Assembly: GCA_951406725.2 (NCBI GenBank)
Contig: OX597816.1
Span: forward strand, 114,204,001 to 114,268,000
DNA length: 64,000 nucleotides
Source of the DNA: Octopus vulgaris
Taxonomy: Eukaryota
Reading direction: 5' to 3'
Below, one piece after another: positions 41,804-56,190 of this stretch. Position 1 is the stretch's first letter. Every line of letters starts with the position of its first letter. Position numbers and translations under genes: made by a program. A model generated the notes under the pieces. That model worked only from the letters and a program-made list of their open reading frames with translations, did not search any database and was not told the origin of the DNA.

Positions 41804-44800
41804 TTAGCAGCAATAGTAGTAGTTGTAGTAGCAGCAGTAATAATAATGTTAGTAGTATCTGTAGTAGTTGTAATGGTGACGTATATTAAGCCTTGCTTAT
41901 CTTAAAACAACAACTAAAATCATTTCAGGAGCTGAGACTGCTAATGCATTGTTAAACTTTGTGGTTTTTGCTAATTTAAATAATATTTCATAGAAATTTT
42001 CTCCATGTGAAAGATAACAATAAAAGAATAAAAGAATGGGGGCTGACTTAATACTTATATCACATACAAAAAAAAAAAAAAAGGTAAAAAAAAACTGTGA
42101 AAAAATAGTTGGCTTAACAAACAGTTAACAATAAGCAGTTTACACATGAGAAATGATATGAAATACATTAGAATTAAAATAGTCCTAACCAATTCTCAAA
42201 GCAATTGTACCTATTGTGTCTTAAGCAGTAATTATTCATATTTAAGAAAGCAAAATTTAAATTCAAAAATTTCCTAAGAATTTCTTCTTTTTTTTTTTAA
42301 TTATATAATTGGATAAGTAGAAAATATAGTAAATTTTTAAAAAACATTGCATACACTGCTTTCTTTCTTTGGTACAAAGCCCCTTTGTATTTCAGGTGGT
42401 AGGACAATGTATAGTCAACTAAGTTGGTTTATGCATATAAGTAGTTTTTACTATATTTATTTCATAGCAGTGATAGTCAAAACTTATCTAACAGGATCTA
42501 AATTCATAAAATGATACACATCAGTCCTATATTCACAAGAGACAAGAACCTGAGTAAGATTCTGCCATAAGATTGAGAGGGTTCGGTTTAGACTTGATAT
42601 TTCTCAGTTAATTAATTAATAGATTTAAATGATATACACATAAAGATGTAGGTCACAAGTTAAGCATTACTGAATAATCTGGTCTAGTATGTTACCTTCT
42701 AAGGCTATTATGTGGTTGTAAGTTTTGACATGAACTACTTAAACATGCAAGACTAACAATTATCCAGAAGTACCATTGTTTTTCATTATCACTGCTCTAA
42801 CCACAACTAAAATCTTCAGACTGTATGGTCAAATAGATACAACATACTGACAACCATAATGTATCTTCATCATCATCATTGTTTAACGTCCATTTTCCAT
42901 GCTAGCATGAGTTGGACAGTTAGACCGGGGTCTGGGAAGCCAGGAGACTGCACCAGGCTCCAGTCTGATCTGGCAGTGTTTCTACAGCTGGATGCCCTTC
43001 CCAATGCCAACCACTCTGTGAGTGTAGTGGGTGCTTTTTACATGCCACCACCAGCACATGTGCCAGGCAAGGCTGGCAACGGCCATGATCGGTTGGTGCA
43101 TTTTACGTGCCACCGGCACAGGTACCACAACTACAAAGAATCTAGGGCAGAATGAAGTAAAGAATATCAGCATTGATAGACTTGAGTTACTCCTGGACCT
43201 TGGTTATCTCCATACTATAAATCTTTTCAAGAAAATTTAACTGTAAATACTCAACAACAATGTTATATTTTCAAAATGTTCACAGTTGTCATTTCTCAAT
43301 GCCTCAGACTTCCGTAAAAGTGTTTCAGAAATACTATTTTAAAACAGACATTTTTTGCTAAATTCTTCCATCTTGTTCAAGTTGTTGTTTAATCCCAGAT
43401 CAATCTCAATCAAGTAAATCTATGATCAAGGTCATTCTAGTCATGGCTATAACTTTTCTTCAGATTTAGAGCATCAAAACTTACATTAATTAATATATCT
43501 TTCCTAATTTAAGACAGTAGGGGATGATTTGAAGGAGTTTTGATTTTTATTTCCAGTAAGTTGAAAAACCACTTAGAGGCTACTTTTAAATTGTTTTGAC
43601 ACATTGTTGTTTTAAGTAGAATAGAAATAGTTGGGTAACTGACTTAGCAAGAATAAGAGATAATTGGGATAAATATTTTGTAGCATCTAATTTAGTATTC
43701 AGATCTTACTGAGGTCTTTGCATTTCATCTCATCATAATTATGAAATATATATTAGTAATATACCTGGTTGAGTTAATTGATTATGCTTCATCTTCTTAT
43801 GTTCATCATTTGGTGCCTCTCTCACCCCTTTCCATCCCATCACTAGTCAACAAACCCTTCAAACTCACCAATCTCTTCCACAAGCTAGTGACAACACATC
43901 TTTGAATAGAAAAGAGTGAGTTTTATGCCAAAACAAGAGAAACCATAAGAGCTTCATCAAGCAAAATCTGTGACCAGGATTAGATTCCTACATGGAATCT
44001 CTGCAAAAGCTTATACTTCAGGTTCATTTAACAAATTATTGGGTTTACTTTATAGAATAAAGCATAAATGATATTACAGTAAGATCAATATTAGCCAGAA
44101 ACAAGAAAGAAAAAATATACAGTTTTAAAATATGCTGGATTTCAAGAAATAATAATTTTTGGTTTATTTTCTTGCTTTCTCTTTTATCTATGTAATTTTT
44201 GAATAAGAAACTAATCTAAAAAAGAAAGCATATGGCTAAAAGATAAAAGAAACCTTTTCCAGTAATCCTTCAAAACAATGTCTTAACCAATGCTACTCTC
44301 TTTTACATCTATTGTTCAAAAGAGACCTTAACCTTGACCAAAACAAACCATGACAGTTCTACATTTCTATGGCATCATTAGCTTGCAAGAAACCATTTGC
44401 CTAAATAAAAATCAAGCAACAAAAACAGAAGAAATTGTTTTATGGGTAGGAAGGTTGGTGAGGTGGAGGGGTGGGGTGAAATTTATGGAACCACATTCAA
44501 TACATGTTTGCCAATTAATATGATCTTGATATTAAAATTACAATAAGAAGAACAAACAATAAAAAAAAACAAAAACAGAAAAACAAACTAACCGAATATC
44601 AAAGAAGATAAAACCATTATATATGGAAATAATCTAGGTAATATTTAAGATATTGGTGGCAGTGGAGGTGATTGTGGCTGTGATTATATTTTATTGCTGA
44701 TGTTGATTATGGGTTGGTGCCGGTGAAAATGTTATTGTTGGTACTGGTGATAAGAGAGGCTGTTGTTGTCATTGCTGTTACTGTTTATGATATGATGCTA

Positions 44801-45049
44801 CTGGGGATTCGACTCTGTGTGTGTGTGTGAGAAAGAGATAGAGATAGAGATAGAGTAAGACAGAGAGAGGAGAAAGAGAGAGAAAAGGGTAGACAGAGAC
44901 AAAATGGTAAAGAAATACCTATACAAACATCTGTCATTGAAAGGAATACCACCCCTATTATCTATGAGTGATCCCACCCATACAAAAGAAACATTAATCA
45001 CAAGGGTGGGCGTTATGCAATTTTTAATCAATATATCCCAGCCGATAGA

Positions 45050-45385
45050 TGCCACTGCTGTAACCTCCACTGCTTTTATCACAAAAACACCACCAGTTTC
45101 TATAATCATCATCATCATCATCACCATCATAAGCCACACAAACACTGCCACCATCAGTTTCAACACAAACCAGGAATATCATGACCACTACCCATCCACC
45201 CAACCACCACAACTATCACTACCACCAGTACTAATATCAGCAGGAATAAAAACACTTGCAATATCATCATCATCAGCAGCAATATTTCCAGCCACTGCAA
45301 CAGCACCAACAATAACACTAAGAGCAGCAGCAGCAGCAGCTGTAGAGACACAAGCAATGCCAACATCAGCAGCTACTAACTACAA
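45050..45385. repeat. Low-complexity CAT/CAC/CAG trinucleotide-derived region
   Basis: Degenerate triplet repeats that explain ORF 44904..45428. Confidence 0.7.
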
Positions 45386-45539
45386 GAGTGTAAACATGGC
45401 AGTGCTTCAGCATGATGTTGTCTATTAAACAATCAGTTACTACTGCACAAAATGCTGTTGCTTTTTTGCAGTAGTAGATGCATGTGCAGCAGCAACCATG
45501 GGCCCTTACTGCTTGCATTTTAAACTTTAATAAAAAACA

Positions 45540-46162
45540 ACAATAACTAGAATTTCTAATTCAGTCACAAGGATTAATTTTAAGGGGAGGGTGTTAGTTG
45601 ATTACATCAACCTCAGTACTTGACTATACTTACTTCAAATTCAGGATATAAAGAACCAGAAGAATTATTAGTTTCAAATTTTGGTACAAGGGCAACAATT
45701 CTGGGGTTGGGGATAAACCGATTATATCGCTCCTAGTGTTCAAATTGTACTTATTTTATCGACCCTGGAAAGATGAAAGGCAAAGTTGACCTCGGATTTG
45801 AACTCAGAACATAGAGATGGATGAAATGCTTCTTAGTATTTTTACCAAAATGCTAATGATTCTGACAGCTTGCCGCCTTAGAGCCAGAAGAAATATTTGT
45901 CTGCTGCTCTTACATTTCTGATAGTCCAGTGTCCTAACAATAACAATTGTTTCAAATTTCAGTACGAGGCCAGCTATTTTTAGGGGGAGGGTGTTTGTCG
46001 ATGCCCCAATACTTGACAGGTACTACGTTTCATTGATCCTGGAAGGATGAAAGATAAAGTTGATTCCAGTGGAATAGGAAAACAGAATGTAGTGAGTTGG
46101 AAGGAATACTGTTAGGAATTTTGTGCAATGATTTAACAATTCCACCATCTTGCCACCTAAAC
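45540..46162 (-). mobile_element. Cluster of three nested or tandem family C SINE copies
   Basis: Repeated 'tttcaaattt...ggggaggg...gtacttattttatcgaccc...gatgaaag.caaagttga' blocks. Confidence 0.7.
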
Positions 46163-46701
46163 AATTGCAATGATGACTACAGTTATAAAGGTGGCAAAAC
46201 TCATATGAGTTTACACATTTCTGAAGAGATGCAGATGAGAAATTGCAATAGTTTTCAGCAGTATTTGCCAACTCATTACACCATATATTTAATTCTTTTT
46301 TTTTTTTTTTTCTTTCGCTTTATGAATAATTTTTCCTTTATTCAGTTGGCTTTTGGCTATTTTCACTACACAGTTTGATTTCTATCATTTCTCAAATGCA
46401 TATATTGAAGTGTGCAAATTTGGACTTAAAACATATTCTTAGGAGGAAGTTGTAGCTGCAAGACTCAAAAGGACATTGACTGTTAGATAAGTGAGCAGAT
46501 GGTTTCTATCTTGTCAATTTGTTATATCAATGTGTAAATTAACGTTGATGGGATAAAACTCACTGCAATTGTTGTTTAGGACAAAGTTAGATCTCATCAA
46601 GTTGCTCAAAAGCATTTAAGCCATGACCGTCCTGTCTTTTTGTGCATTTAGGAATACATTGTTCAATGTGTCTATTTTTAAGATGGTAAGTGTAATTAGA
46701 G

Positions 46702-47210
46702 CAATGGTTCTTAACTGTTTTTACTTATAGAGCCCTTTGATTCCTATTTTACTTGGATGGGCCCTCATAGCTATTTGATGTTTAAAAATCCTGTTGTGTG
46801 CATAAAAAATTAAAATATTTTGTATATTGTAGAAGTTGAGACCCCCTTCGGTCATGACTGACCATGGGATTGCACCTAGAAAGTTAACCTCCCAGGCACA
46901 AGTCCGGGCAAGGTTGTTTATGGAAGACCAGCAGTCGGCCATGCCACCAGTGTTATCCAAGGGATGTCACAACTCATTTCTAGAGCTGAGTGAACTGGAG
47001 CAACATGAAATAAAGTGTCTTGCTCAAGAACACAACACGCAACCTGGTCCAGGATTCAAACTCACAACCTCATGATCATAAGCTCGACACTCTAACCACT
47101 GAGCCATGTGCCTTCATGTAGAAGTACAACCCATTTATTGCACATAAATTTTAACAGCAAAATCTTATGTGGAACCCAAGGGTCATATAGACTCCATTTG
47201 AGAACCACTG
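46702..47210. mobile_element. hAT/Charlie-like MITE interrupted by a SINE
   Basis: TIRs caatggttcttaa / ttgagaaccactg. Confidence 0.7.
46837..47116 (-). mobile_element. tRNA-derived SINE (V-domain-like core) with 9-bp TSD
   Basis: TSD tgtagaagt at 46828-46836 and 47117-47125. Minus-strand head tggctcagtggttagagtg...gtttgaatcc. Confidence 0.85.
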
Positions 47211-48535
47211 AATTAGAGGATGATTTGGCTGTTATTTTTAGCAAGTAAACCAAATGTATTAAGTTGAGTTCACCTCTGTTGACATAGGCATTCTAAAATT
47301 ATGTTTTGTGTTTTTTAAACTTGTGCTTCTCAGTAGAAATTCTCCCATAAGTCTACAGAAGGTACATAGGAAATTAGCTATTTGTTGTGAGCTAGAAAAC
47401 TGCAGATAAGCTGAGTAAGTACAATAGTGGCAGGATGCAAAATTTATAGCTGAGCATTTTAACTTTGCAACCACAATGTTGCCATATTCAAAAATTCTCT
47501 CTCTCTCTCTCTCCCTCACACACATACACACACATTCTCTCTCTCTTTTTTAATTAAAGAAACACTACTTTTCTCATTTTCATATTTTAAAAAATCTTTC
47601 ATGTAAATTTTCATTTTAATATTTTAATTTTTTTTTAAAATTTATTTATTCATTTATTTGTTATTATCATTTTTTTGTTTGTTTGTTTTGATTTTCAGAT
47701 ATAGCAACTGAACTGTTTTCAGCTCCTATCTATTGTTACAACCTCTGATATAACGAAATTAGACCATATATCAAGACAAACATTTCATTAGTAAAACAAA
47801 ATATTATTAATGTACAGAGGCCACAGTAGGTATCATATTTTATATTTTAATCTGTTTTAATTGTTATTTTGATATGCCTCACCTCTCTTTCTAGCCAAAA
47901 GTCAAATTTAAAAATTACAATAACAATAACAAACAAGCAAAAAAAAAAGAAAAGAATTTGAACTTTCTGTGATCATAGACATGTAAGTGAATAATGATGA
48001 TGATGATGATGATGGTAGTGGTGTAGAAATAAACTAGTTCGATTGATAGATAAACAAATATAGTATTCATTAAGGTCAAAAAGAGATGGGAAAAAAAAAA
48101 ATTTTTATGGAAAAAAAAATGCAAAAGCAAAATCCAGTGGAATAAATGGTGAAAATTGTAACCTTAGAGTGAATTTTAAATAAAATTTGGGAAGATTTAA
48201 AACACTAAAATACTAAAAACCAAACAGAATTAGAGGAAAAAATAACCTATCCTTAAGTCATTGATTTTTTAGAACACAAATAAAATGAACATAAAACAAC
48301 AGCAATAAAGACCACATACAGCCAGTACACTTTCAATCAAAACCATTCTGTGAAATAGCAAAACATGCAAGAGGGGACACACACCCTTCCATCAAACAGA
48401 ACAATTTAAGGAGTCACAGTTGTAGCATTTACAAGGAAAGATGCAAATAAAAAGAGAGTGCACCTGGGATGAAGCAAGAGGTTAAAAGTGTGAACTGATA
48501 AGAAAATATCTATAAAAGATAACAGTAAAATTTAC

Positions 48536-48568
48536 CACAAGGCACGAGGTGGAAGAGAAAAATAAAAT
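48536..48568 (-). CDS. Candidate 33-nt exon (phase 1: DFIFLFHLVPC)
   Basis: Long U tract ...gtctatatgtaccatag|ATTTTATTTTTCTCTTCCACCTCGTGCCTTGTG|gtaaat. Symmetric, moderate donor. Confidence 0.25.
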
Positions 48569-48666
48569 CTATGGTACATATAGACAAAAAAAAAAATAAA
48601 ATAAGAAGAAAACAAAAAAAACCCATCAGATGTAAGGAAAATAAAAATAATAATAATGAAAATGAT

Positions 48667-48717
<51 letters not shown>

Positions 48718-49042
48718 GACAAAATAAGATCAAATGAAAAAGAGACCCCAAAATATGGAAAAGAAAGATGAGAAAAAATATTTACAAGCATAAAGTAAAA
48801 CAAATCTAGAGAAATGTATTTCTTTAATAACTGTGTTTTACACCCCTACACCCACAAATGGTCTATTTTTATCTGTGTAAGAATACCCTCAGCCAACCAA
48901 TACATGTATGTGAGTATATGTGCGCTTATATATATATATATATATATATATGGGGTGGGGTTAATCTAACATAGATAAATATGAACAGATGAAAATGAAT
49001 ATATGTATAATTATCTATATATATATGAGCATAAATTATATG

Positions 49043-49087
<45 letters not shown>

Positions 49088-49489
49088 ATGTATATAAATA
49101 AAATATATATATATATATAGCAATTGTATTGTGCAAGGCCTATTTTTACCATTAAGAACACACAAAATCTATCATACTATCTTTCTACTTGTTTCTGGCG
49201 TTAACATTTTCATCACACATCTGCAACATGGTCACTGACACAGTTCCACTGCAATTGTTGAATTACTGGTTAGTTTTGCTAGGCCTCAGGGTTTTAAAAA
49301 AATTTTAAACTTTTTGTTTGTTTATTTTCTTTTTTGTCCTAGAATCTTCAAACATGGGCCTGCTATAAGGTTTGATATGGGTCATTGTTGAATTTTGCCA
49401 GCTTTTTTTTATCTTTATTTAATGCTTGGTAAGTCTGTTTTTAACTTCAGTATAAGCCTCTGATTTTGGATTCTCTCTGGCAGTCAGTT

Positions 49490-50650
49490 CTTTGTCTCTA
49501 TTTCATGTATACATATTGAAATAAATCTGTTTTGTTCTCAAAATTCTTATGTCTGTATGCACTTTCACACAGAAGGCTGCTGCCTCCACACATACCTCTA
49601 AACAAACTTTCTAGAACTATGATTTATTTCTGTTATGCTTTTTATAGTCCAATTTCAGTTCATTAATAATTGTTCCAGTGGGTTAATTGCCTTCTCTACG
49701 AATGTTGTTGCATATTTTCATTTTATTTTGACCTATGAACAAAGTGGTTGAAGGTTTGTTTCTATTGTTGTAGATTGATGAAAATAGTTGGTCAACGATA
49801 CTGGGAAACAACTTTTCTACCTTGTCATTATTATTTTAATATAGCTTTTAAGTTTACTTGCATAAGACAGCTGTGTCTGTAATATGGTGTTATTTCCCGT
49901 ACTTTGACCATGCAACATTACATTTACAAGGCAGTCTACCAGATAAAGAATGTTGATTTTTGAGAAAACCAAGTAGAAGTTGTAAAAGATATTCTTTTCT
50001 ACTCTAAGCACAAGGTCCAAAATTTTGGGGGAGGGGGCCAGTCAATTAGATCAACCCCAGTATGTAACTGGTATTTAATTTATTGACCTCAAAAGGATGA
50101 AAGGCAAAGTTGATCTTGGTGGAATTTGAGCTCAGAATGTAAAGACAGACGAAATACCGCTAAGTATTTTGCCTGGCGTGCTAATATTTCTGCCAGCTTG
50201 CTGCCTTTTGTAAAAGATATTCATACACGTTATGTGAATGTTGACTGAAATGATGGTGATAAAAATCTTGTGAGAGGAGATCAAGAAATGACAAGCAAAG
50301 ATAATTTGGTGTGAGTAGTTAGTTCAGAATTTAGAAGTATGGAATATCTAAGGATGCTGTAAAACAGGCATATGTCTAGTGTCACAGCACTCTCCACCCC
50401 ATACAAACATGCAAAGGCAGGTATTAAACCATTGATAATGATGATGATAATTTTGATCATGATGTTAACTAGCAACTTCTTGTAATTGTGAACACCAATA
50501 TGAAATAATAGTTATAACATTTATGATTAATTTTTTTTGTTACTATTTCATTGTACGGTTTCCAAAAGAATTTTCATGTTTTTGTCCATGCAAATATGAA
50601 GATGAGTGGTAGTTTCTGGAAAGTGGGATATTTGCAAGAAATACTGAAGT
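49490..50650 (-). mobile_element. Decayed Penelope-like 3' (GIY-YIG) region
   Basis: Minus-strand remnants resemble the PLE terminus (W-x-I, xC-x-E, NKxxL-xS-xCxH). Interrupted by a SINE. Confidence 0.4.
49995..50207 (-). mobile_element. Full-length family C SINE with 15-bp TSD
   Basis: TSD ttgtaaaagatattc at 49980-49994 and 50208-50222. Core gcctttcatccttttgaggtcaataaattaaatacc is Meta-domain-like. Confidence 0.9.
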
Positions 50651-51496
50651 AGGTTTTCTATTTTTTAAATAGAATGCAGTTTCTCACATTAATCTCATAA
50701 CCTATGAATAGAAAAGTGGTGCCTGTTTTACATGCCTATTGACTGATGTAAACATATTAAATGAATGATGCAAACATATTAAATTGCCTAGCAGAAGGAC
50801 ACATTGGATAGAAAGTGGATCTTAAATCACAAGTGTTATGACAAAAAAATAAAAAATTCTTTCATTTTATATATCATTTTGATACATTATTTATATATTA
50901 TCTTAATATGTTTCACAATGCAACAATATATTTTCTATGAATATTCTGTCTAGTAATTATGTAAAAAAAGGCAAATCGAAATGGTTTTCAATTATGGTAG
51001 GCAAGGCAAAATGGCTGTGAATTTGATAGAATAAGATTTGAACTTGTGCCATGGCTTCTAATCCTAAGAAAACTGAAGTGTAATCTATGTTTTCCAAGAA
51101 AAGTATGCAATACCTTTTCTAGCAAATTTTGCAGAGTATAATGACTTTGTCAATTTAATAACTTATTCCATCTACCATTGCTCTCTTACATGTAGGTTTA
51201 AATGCAAAATAATACATACAAAAACGCCATACCTAACACAGCTAAGGGTTAGTGGCATGAAGGACATCTGATTGTAAAACAACATCTCAGGAATATATTC
51301 ATGAAACCCATGACAGTATGAGAAAATGGAAATTAAAATAAATGAATGATGTCCACAAGTTTTGAAAGCAATCAGTATATTATCTCCAGAAATTCTTGCA
51401 ATCTGGTCATAGCTATATTGGTATGAAAAAGCACTCAAAAACATGTGTTTTAGTAGGTAATAATATGCACAATGAGGTATGCATGGTTTTCTAAGT

Positions 51497-51987
51497 ACTG
51501 AAATACCTCATTTTATGAGGACCCACTTTATGAAACTCTGGGTTTATGAGTTTTATTCTTCAAGCAGAGGATCCAAATTTTGAACGATGTGCAAGAGTTT
51601 CTACTACCATAACAAATGCTTCAGCATGTTACTGAAATCTACAAGTCTGTCTATGAGTGCTTGTGAATTGATGATCATGTCTTCAACTGATGGTGTGCAC
51701 AAGTCTAGTGCCAGTGAAAGTGATTCAGAAAACAATTATAATAATATTTTTAATTATAAATGATCTTGGCATCCTTTTTACTTTACATAAAATATTCTTT
51801 ATATTCTACTGTTATTTTATTGTCATTTATCTATGTGTATAATAAATTTTATAGGTAAAATATTTTTCTGGGAACGAATTGTAATTCATAATATTGTTAC
51901 TATGGGAAATTATTGCTCTGCTTTACGAGTTTTTGCTTTACAAGCGGTCTATGGGAACAAATTAACTTGTATATTAAGGCATTATTC
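51497..51987. mobile_element. Tigger/pogo-like non-autonomous DNA transposon, diverged
   Basis: Subterminal repeated tttatga/tttacga motifs and the 'ggaacgaattgtaatt...ctatgggaa' pattern typical of Tigger ends. Confidence 0.5.
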
Positions 51988-52341
51988 GATTATGTTTTGC
52001 GACAATTTTAACACTGGAGGAAGATTTTGTTTGTATGAGGTAGTTTATGTTACTATGTGTTTCTTTCAATTGGTAACACTGATTTGCATGTTTGCCTACA
52101 TTTGGTGGCATTGAAAGATATTGATTTTCCTTTTATCATCCCCACCTATCCACATGATCAAAAACAAGGTTAGATGGTAGACACCAGTCACTTGTAATGT
52201 CTTCATAATCTGGTACATATCATCAAGAGAAATGCTATTTTCGATCTCCCTCGCCCTCCCACACAAAATTTAATGCTAAGTTATGGCCAAGAATGTGTTG
52301 CAAGTAATTCCCTAAATTCAGTCTTCAGTGACACGCTAGAG

Positions 52342-52342
<1 letters not shown>

Positions 52343-52387
<45 letters not shown>

Positions 52388-52623
52388 TAATAATAATATT
52401 AATAATAATGGTTTCAAATTTTGCCACAAGGGCAGCTTTTGTGGGGAAGGGATGAGTCGATTACATCGACCCCCAGTGTTTCACTGGTACTTAATTTATT
52501 GACTCTGAAAAGATGAATGGCAAAGTTGACCTCAGTGGAATTTGAATTCAGAGTATAAAAGACGGATGAAATACTGCTAAACATTTTGCCTGGCATGCTA
52601 ATGGTTCTGCCAGCTCGCCACCT

Positions 52624-52702
<79 letters not shown>
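52343..52702 (-). mobile_element. Family C SINE (52390-52624) embedded in (AAT)n arrays
   Basis: Colinear with other copies. Confidence 0.85.
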
Positions 52703-52704
<2 letters not shown>

Positions 52705-53199
52705 CCAGAGTCAAGTTTACCATCGACTAGTAAGAAGTAATGATACCTCTCCTCAGCTCATGAAAGTCTTCCAACCACTTCCCTGTTCTTGTCATTATCA
52801 TCATTATCATAAATGCAATTGTCATTGTCATCGTCATAAATAAGATTCTTAATTTAATTTAGCATCTATTCCTTCGTAACTGAGGAGTGATTAAATGTAT
52901 CTGCCTGGCTACAACTGTCACTGCATATCAACTGTAAAGAGTTGAAAGCAACATTTTGTAAATTGAAACATGGAGAAATAGAAGTTTGGGTTTTATGGCT
53001 ACAACGACTTTCGTATAATTTTTAAACCATTGAGCCAACAAGAAAGACTCTATGTTAGTAATTCGCAAGCATTTTTTACATATGGACCTCTTTGATTCTT
53101 ATTTTACTCCTGTGGACCCTACTAGCCTTCGATGTTTAAAAAAATCCTATTATATTTTTATAATCAAATATTATTAGGAATTGAATTTTTTTTTATACT

Positions 53200-53568
53200 A
53201 TCTGTTTCATTCATTAGACTGCAGCCATCCTGGGGTACCACCTTGAATTGACCCCAGTACTTATTTTTTAAGCCTGGTCTTATTCTATTGGTCTCTTTTG
53301 CCAAACCACTAAGTTGTAGGGACGTAAAGACACCAACACCAGTTATGAAATGGTGGTGGGGGTACAAACACAGACAGAAAGATACATATACACAGATATA
53401 TGTACATATATATACAATGGGCTTCTTTCAGCTTCCGCCTATTAAATCCACTCACAAGGTTTTGGTCAGCCTGAGGGTATAGTAGAAGAAACTTGCCCAA
53501 GGTCCCATGCAGTGGGACTGAACCCAGAACCATGTGATTGGGAAGCAAACTTCTTACCACACAGCTAC
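53200..53568 (-). mobile_element. Family A SINE inserted in a hAT-like MITE (about 53040-53692)
   Basis: SINE is colinear with 1979-2395. The flanks rejoin into the MITE ending ttgagaactcctg. Confidence 0.8.
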
Positions 53569-55574
53569 TAAGAAAAATTATCAAAATATTTTGTGCATTG
53601 AAGAAGTATGACCAAGTTATTGCAGATAATTTTAACTATAAAATATTATATGGTCCCCCAAGGACCATATGGGACCTAATTGAGAACTCCTGCTTTATGA
53701 AATAGCTAAACCTGTTAAAGATAGCGGCTTCATCTCCCTCAAATCCCACTCTGTCATCTTAAAAGAGAAAGGACACATTGGACCATGCTTATGTAAGTAT
53801 ACAAAGATATGGGATGGTTACGACTGGAAAGCTTTTGATCGTAGGTCTGCTCAGTTAAGGTGGATCTAGGATTAAACAACAACAAGTCATGTCCACAGTA
53901 CATAGAGATTAGGACAGAAAACGGCACTTGAGTGTATGTCGTAAATGTTGGGGAGTCAGATGAGGAATTTTAGGATATTCAGGTCTTATTTGTTAATTTG
54001 AGCACAAAAGGTTTTGGAACTGGAAAGTCATAACAAATGTTATCCAGTAGTGCTAACTAATCTTAACCATAAAATTTTAATTTAGCAGCAACATGCATGA
54101 TGATGAAGATGATGATGATGATGATGATGATGACAATGATGATGGCAGTAATAGTGGCAATATTCCACAAATACTTGAAAAATTAGAGAAGTTAATAATA
54201 AACTAATTTGAAATAATCAGTGTGAAGCACTTTTGAGTTATCTCAATAGGATTCTCTAATTCATTCACCTCTCGTCTTTTTCTTTCTTCCTTACCTGATT
54301 TCTGTTTTATTGCATCTCTTAACACATTTTACCTATTCCTTCTTTCCACCATCTCTGTCTGTTAATAATTTTTACCCCACCCCAACCCCCATCTCTTTCA
54401 ACGCACTCTTTATGTTTCATATGCCATTTCCAACCTCTACTGTACAATCTGCTTTACCCACACTTTCCCTTTCTCTCTCTCTCTCCTTTCATTTGTCTCT
54501 ACTCTGTAGATCGTTCTCCACCTTTAATATTTCTTTTTTTTTTTTGCAAATTTTTTCTCTTTATTTTTATCCTCCCATTCCCAGCATTTAACTGGGGTCT
54601 CTAAACTGTGTCAGACAATCAAAAGTACTTTTTTCTCTCTATTGATAAACAACAATAACCAAAATATGGAGGTAAAGCAAAATAAAAAAATAATCAAGTA
54701 AAAAAAAATAAAGAAAATATTAAATAAAAGCTATAGTAATATTCCATATCATGTGGTTCTTAGGGGGGAAATATTAGAATTTCCAGAGAGATGTACTACA
54801 AAGTCTCAGCAAGGATAAATGCCTTGAAGGTTTTTCTTGACGTGCTTATTTCTTTGAATTAAGGTTCTTGCATTATTTTGATTGTTCTTGACCAATTATC
54901 TGTGATAATAAAAACCGCACATCTTCTGCACCTCCTATAACCATCAGGGCTGAGTATGTCAGTCAGAGCCACTTTAAAGTAACTTCACTCAAACTATATG
55001 ACCTTTGAAGTCTTTCATTAATAAACCCAGTAGGATGTTTAAGAGGTGACAAAGAAGGTTTTTGAAATTCTCCCACACTGTCTCTTCTTCCATGGTGATA
55101 TTAAGCACAACTGTCCCTCCTCCAATAATGATAGAAAAACTATATTTTAAGCAATGCTTTTCAGTAATTTCAAATATCCTTTCTACCCATGAGTTGAAGG
55201 AACTACAGAAAAATTTATTGCTGCTTTGAGAAAAAGAAAGAGTAGGAAAACATCGTTATGTCAACAGAAATTATTAAACAAGTTTTATTTATTTACATAT
55301 TTATTCCATTCCTTTTTGACTTTTTTCAAAAAAAGAAATTTAATATACAGTATGTTATGTATTTATTTAGAATTATTCCAAAAATCAGAAACATAGGGAT
55401 TAGTAATATCAGCTGTCCTTTATATAATGAGTTCAAATCCTGTTAAGATAACTTTGCCTTTCACATTTCTAACTCAATAAAATACACTATTTAATTGACT
55501 AAACTCACTGCCCTAAATTGCCCTTGTGTTTAAGTTTAAGTGTCTATTGTTATTATTATTATTATTATTATTAA

Positions 55575-55725
55575 AGTGAAGGTAGCAAGCTGGCAGAATT
55601 GTTAGCATGCCAGGTGAAATGCTTAGCAATATTTCGTCTGCTACTCTGTTCTGAAGTTCACATTCCACTGAGGCCAACTAGTCCCCTCTCGCAAAAAGTT
55701 TCATGGCCTTGTGCCTTCAATAGAA

Positions 55726-55805
<80 letters not shown>

Positions 55806-56014
55806 GGTGACAAGCTGGCAGAATCATTAGCACACTGGCCAAAATGATTAGTAGCATTTGGTTGGCCATAACATCCTGAGTTCAAATTCTGCTGGGGTCG
55901 ACTTTGCTTTCATTTTTTCAGGGTCGATAAAATAAGTAACAGTGAAACACTACAGTTGTCTTAATCGACTAATCCCCTATCCCCAAATTTCAGACCTTGT
56001 GCCTTTAGTAGAAG

Positions 56015-56050
<36 letters not shown>

Positions 56051-56190
56051 TCTCAAGTTCAACTTTGCCTTTCATCCTTTCGGGGGTCAATAAATTAATT
56101 ACCATTGAAACTCTGGGGGGTTGATGTGATTGACTAGTTCCATCCCCCAAATTTCAGGCCTTGTACATATAGTAGAAAGGATTATTATTA
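55575..56190 (+). mobile_element. Three head-to-tail family C SINEs separated by (ATT)n/(GAT)n
   Basis: Repeated aagg...aagctggcagaat.gttagca heads and ccttgtgcc...tagaa tails. Confidence 0.8.

Noticed and set aside
44798-45428. 174-aa Thr/Ala/Ile-rich ORF and overlapping antisense ORFs
   Set aside because: Derived from degenerate trinucleotide repeats, with no domain or convincing splice context.
47699-47829. Plus-strand acceptor with a long U tract and downstream gtatca
   Set aside because: Stops in all three frames and a weak donor.
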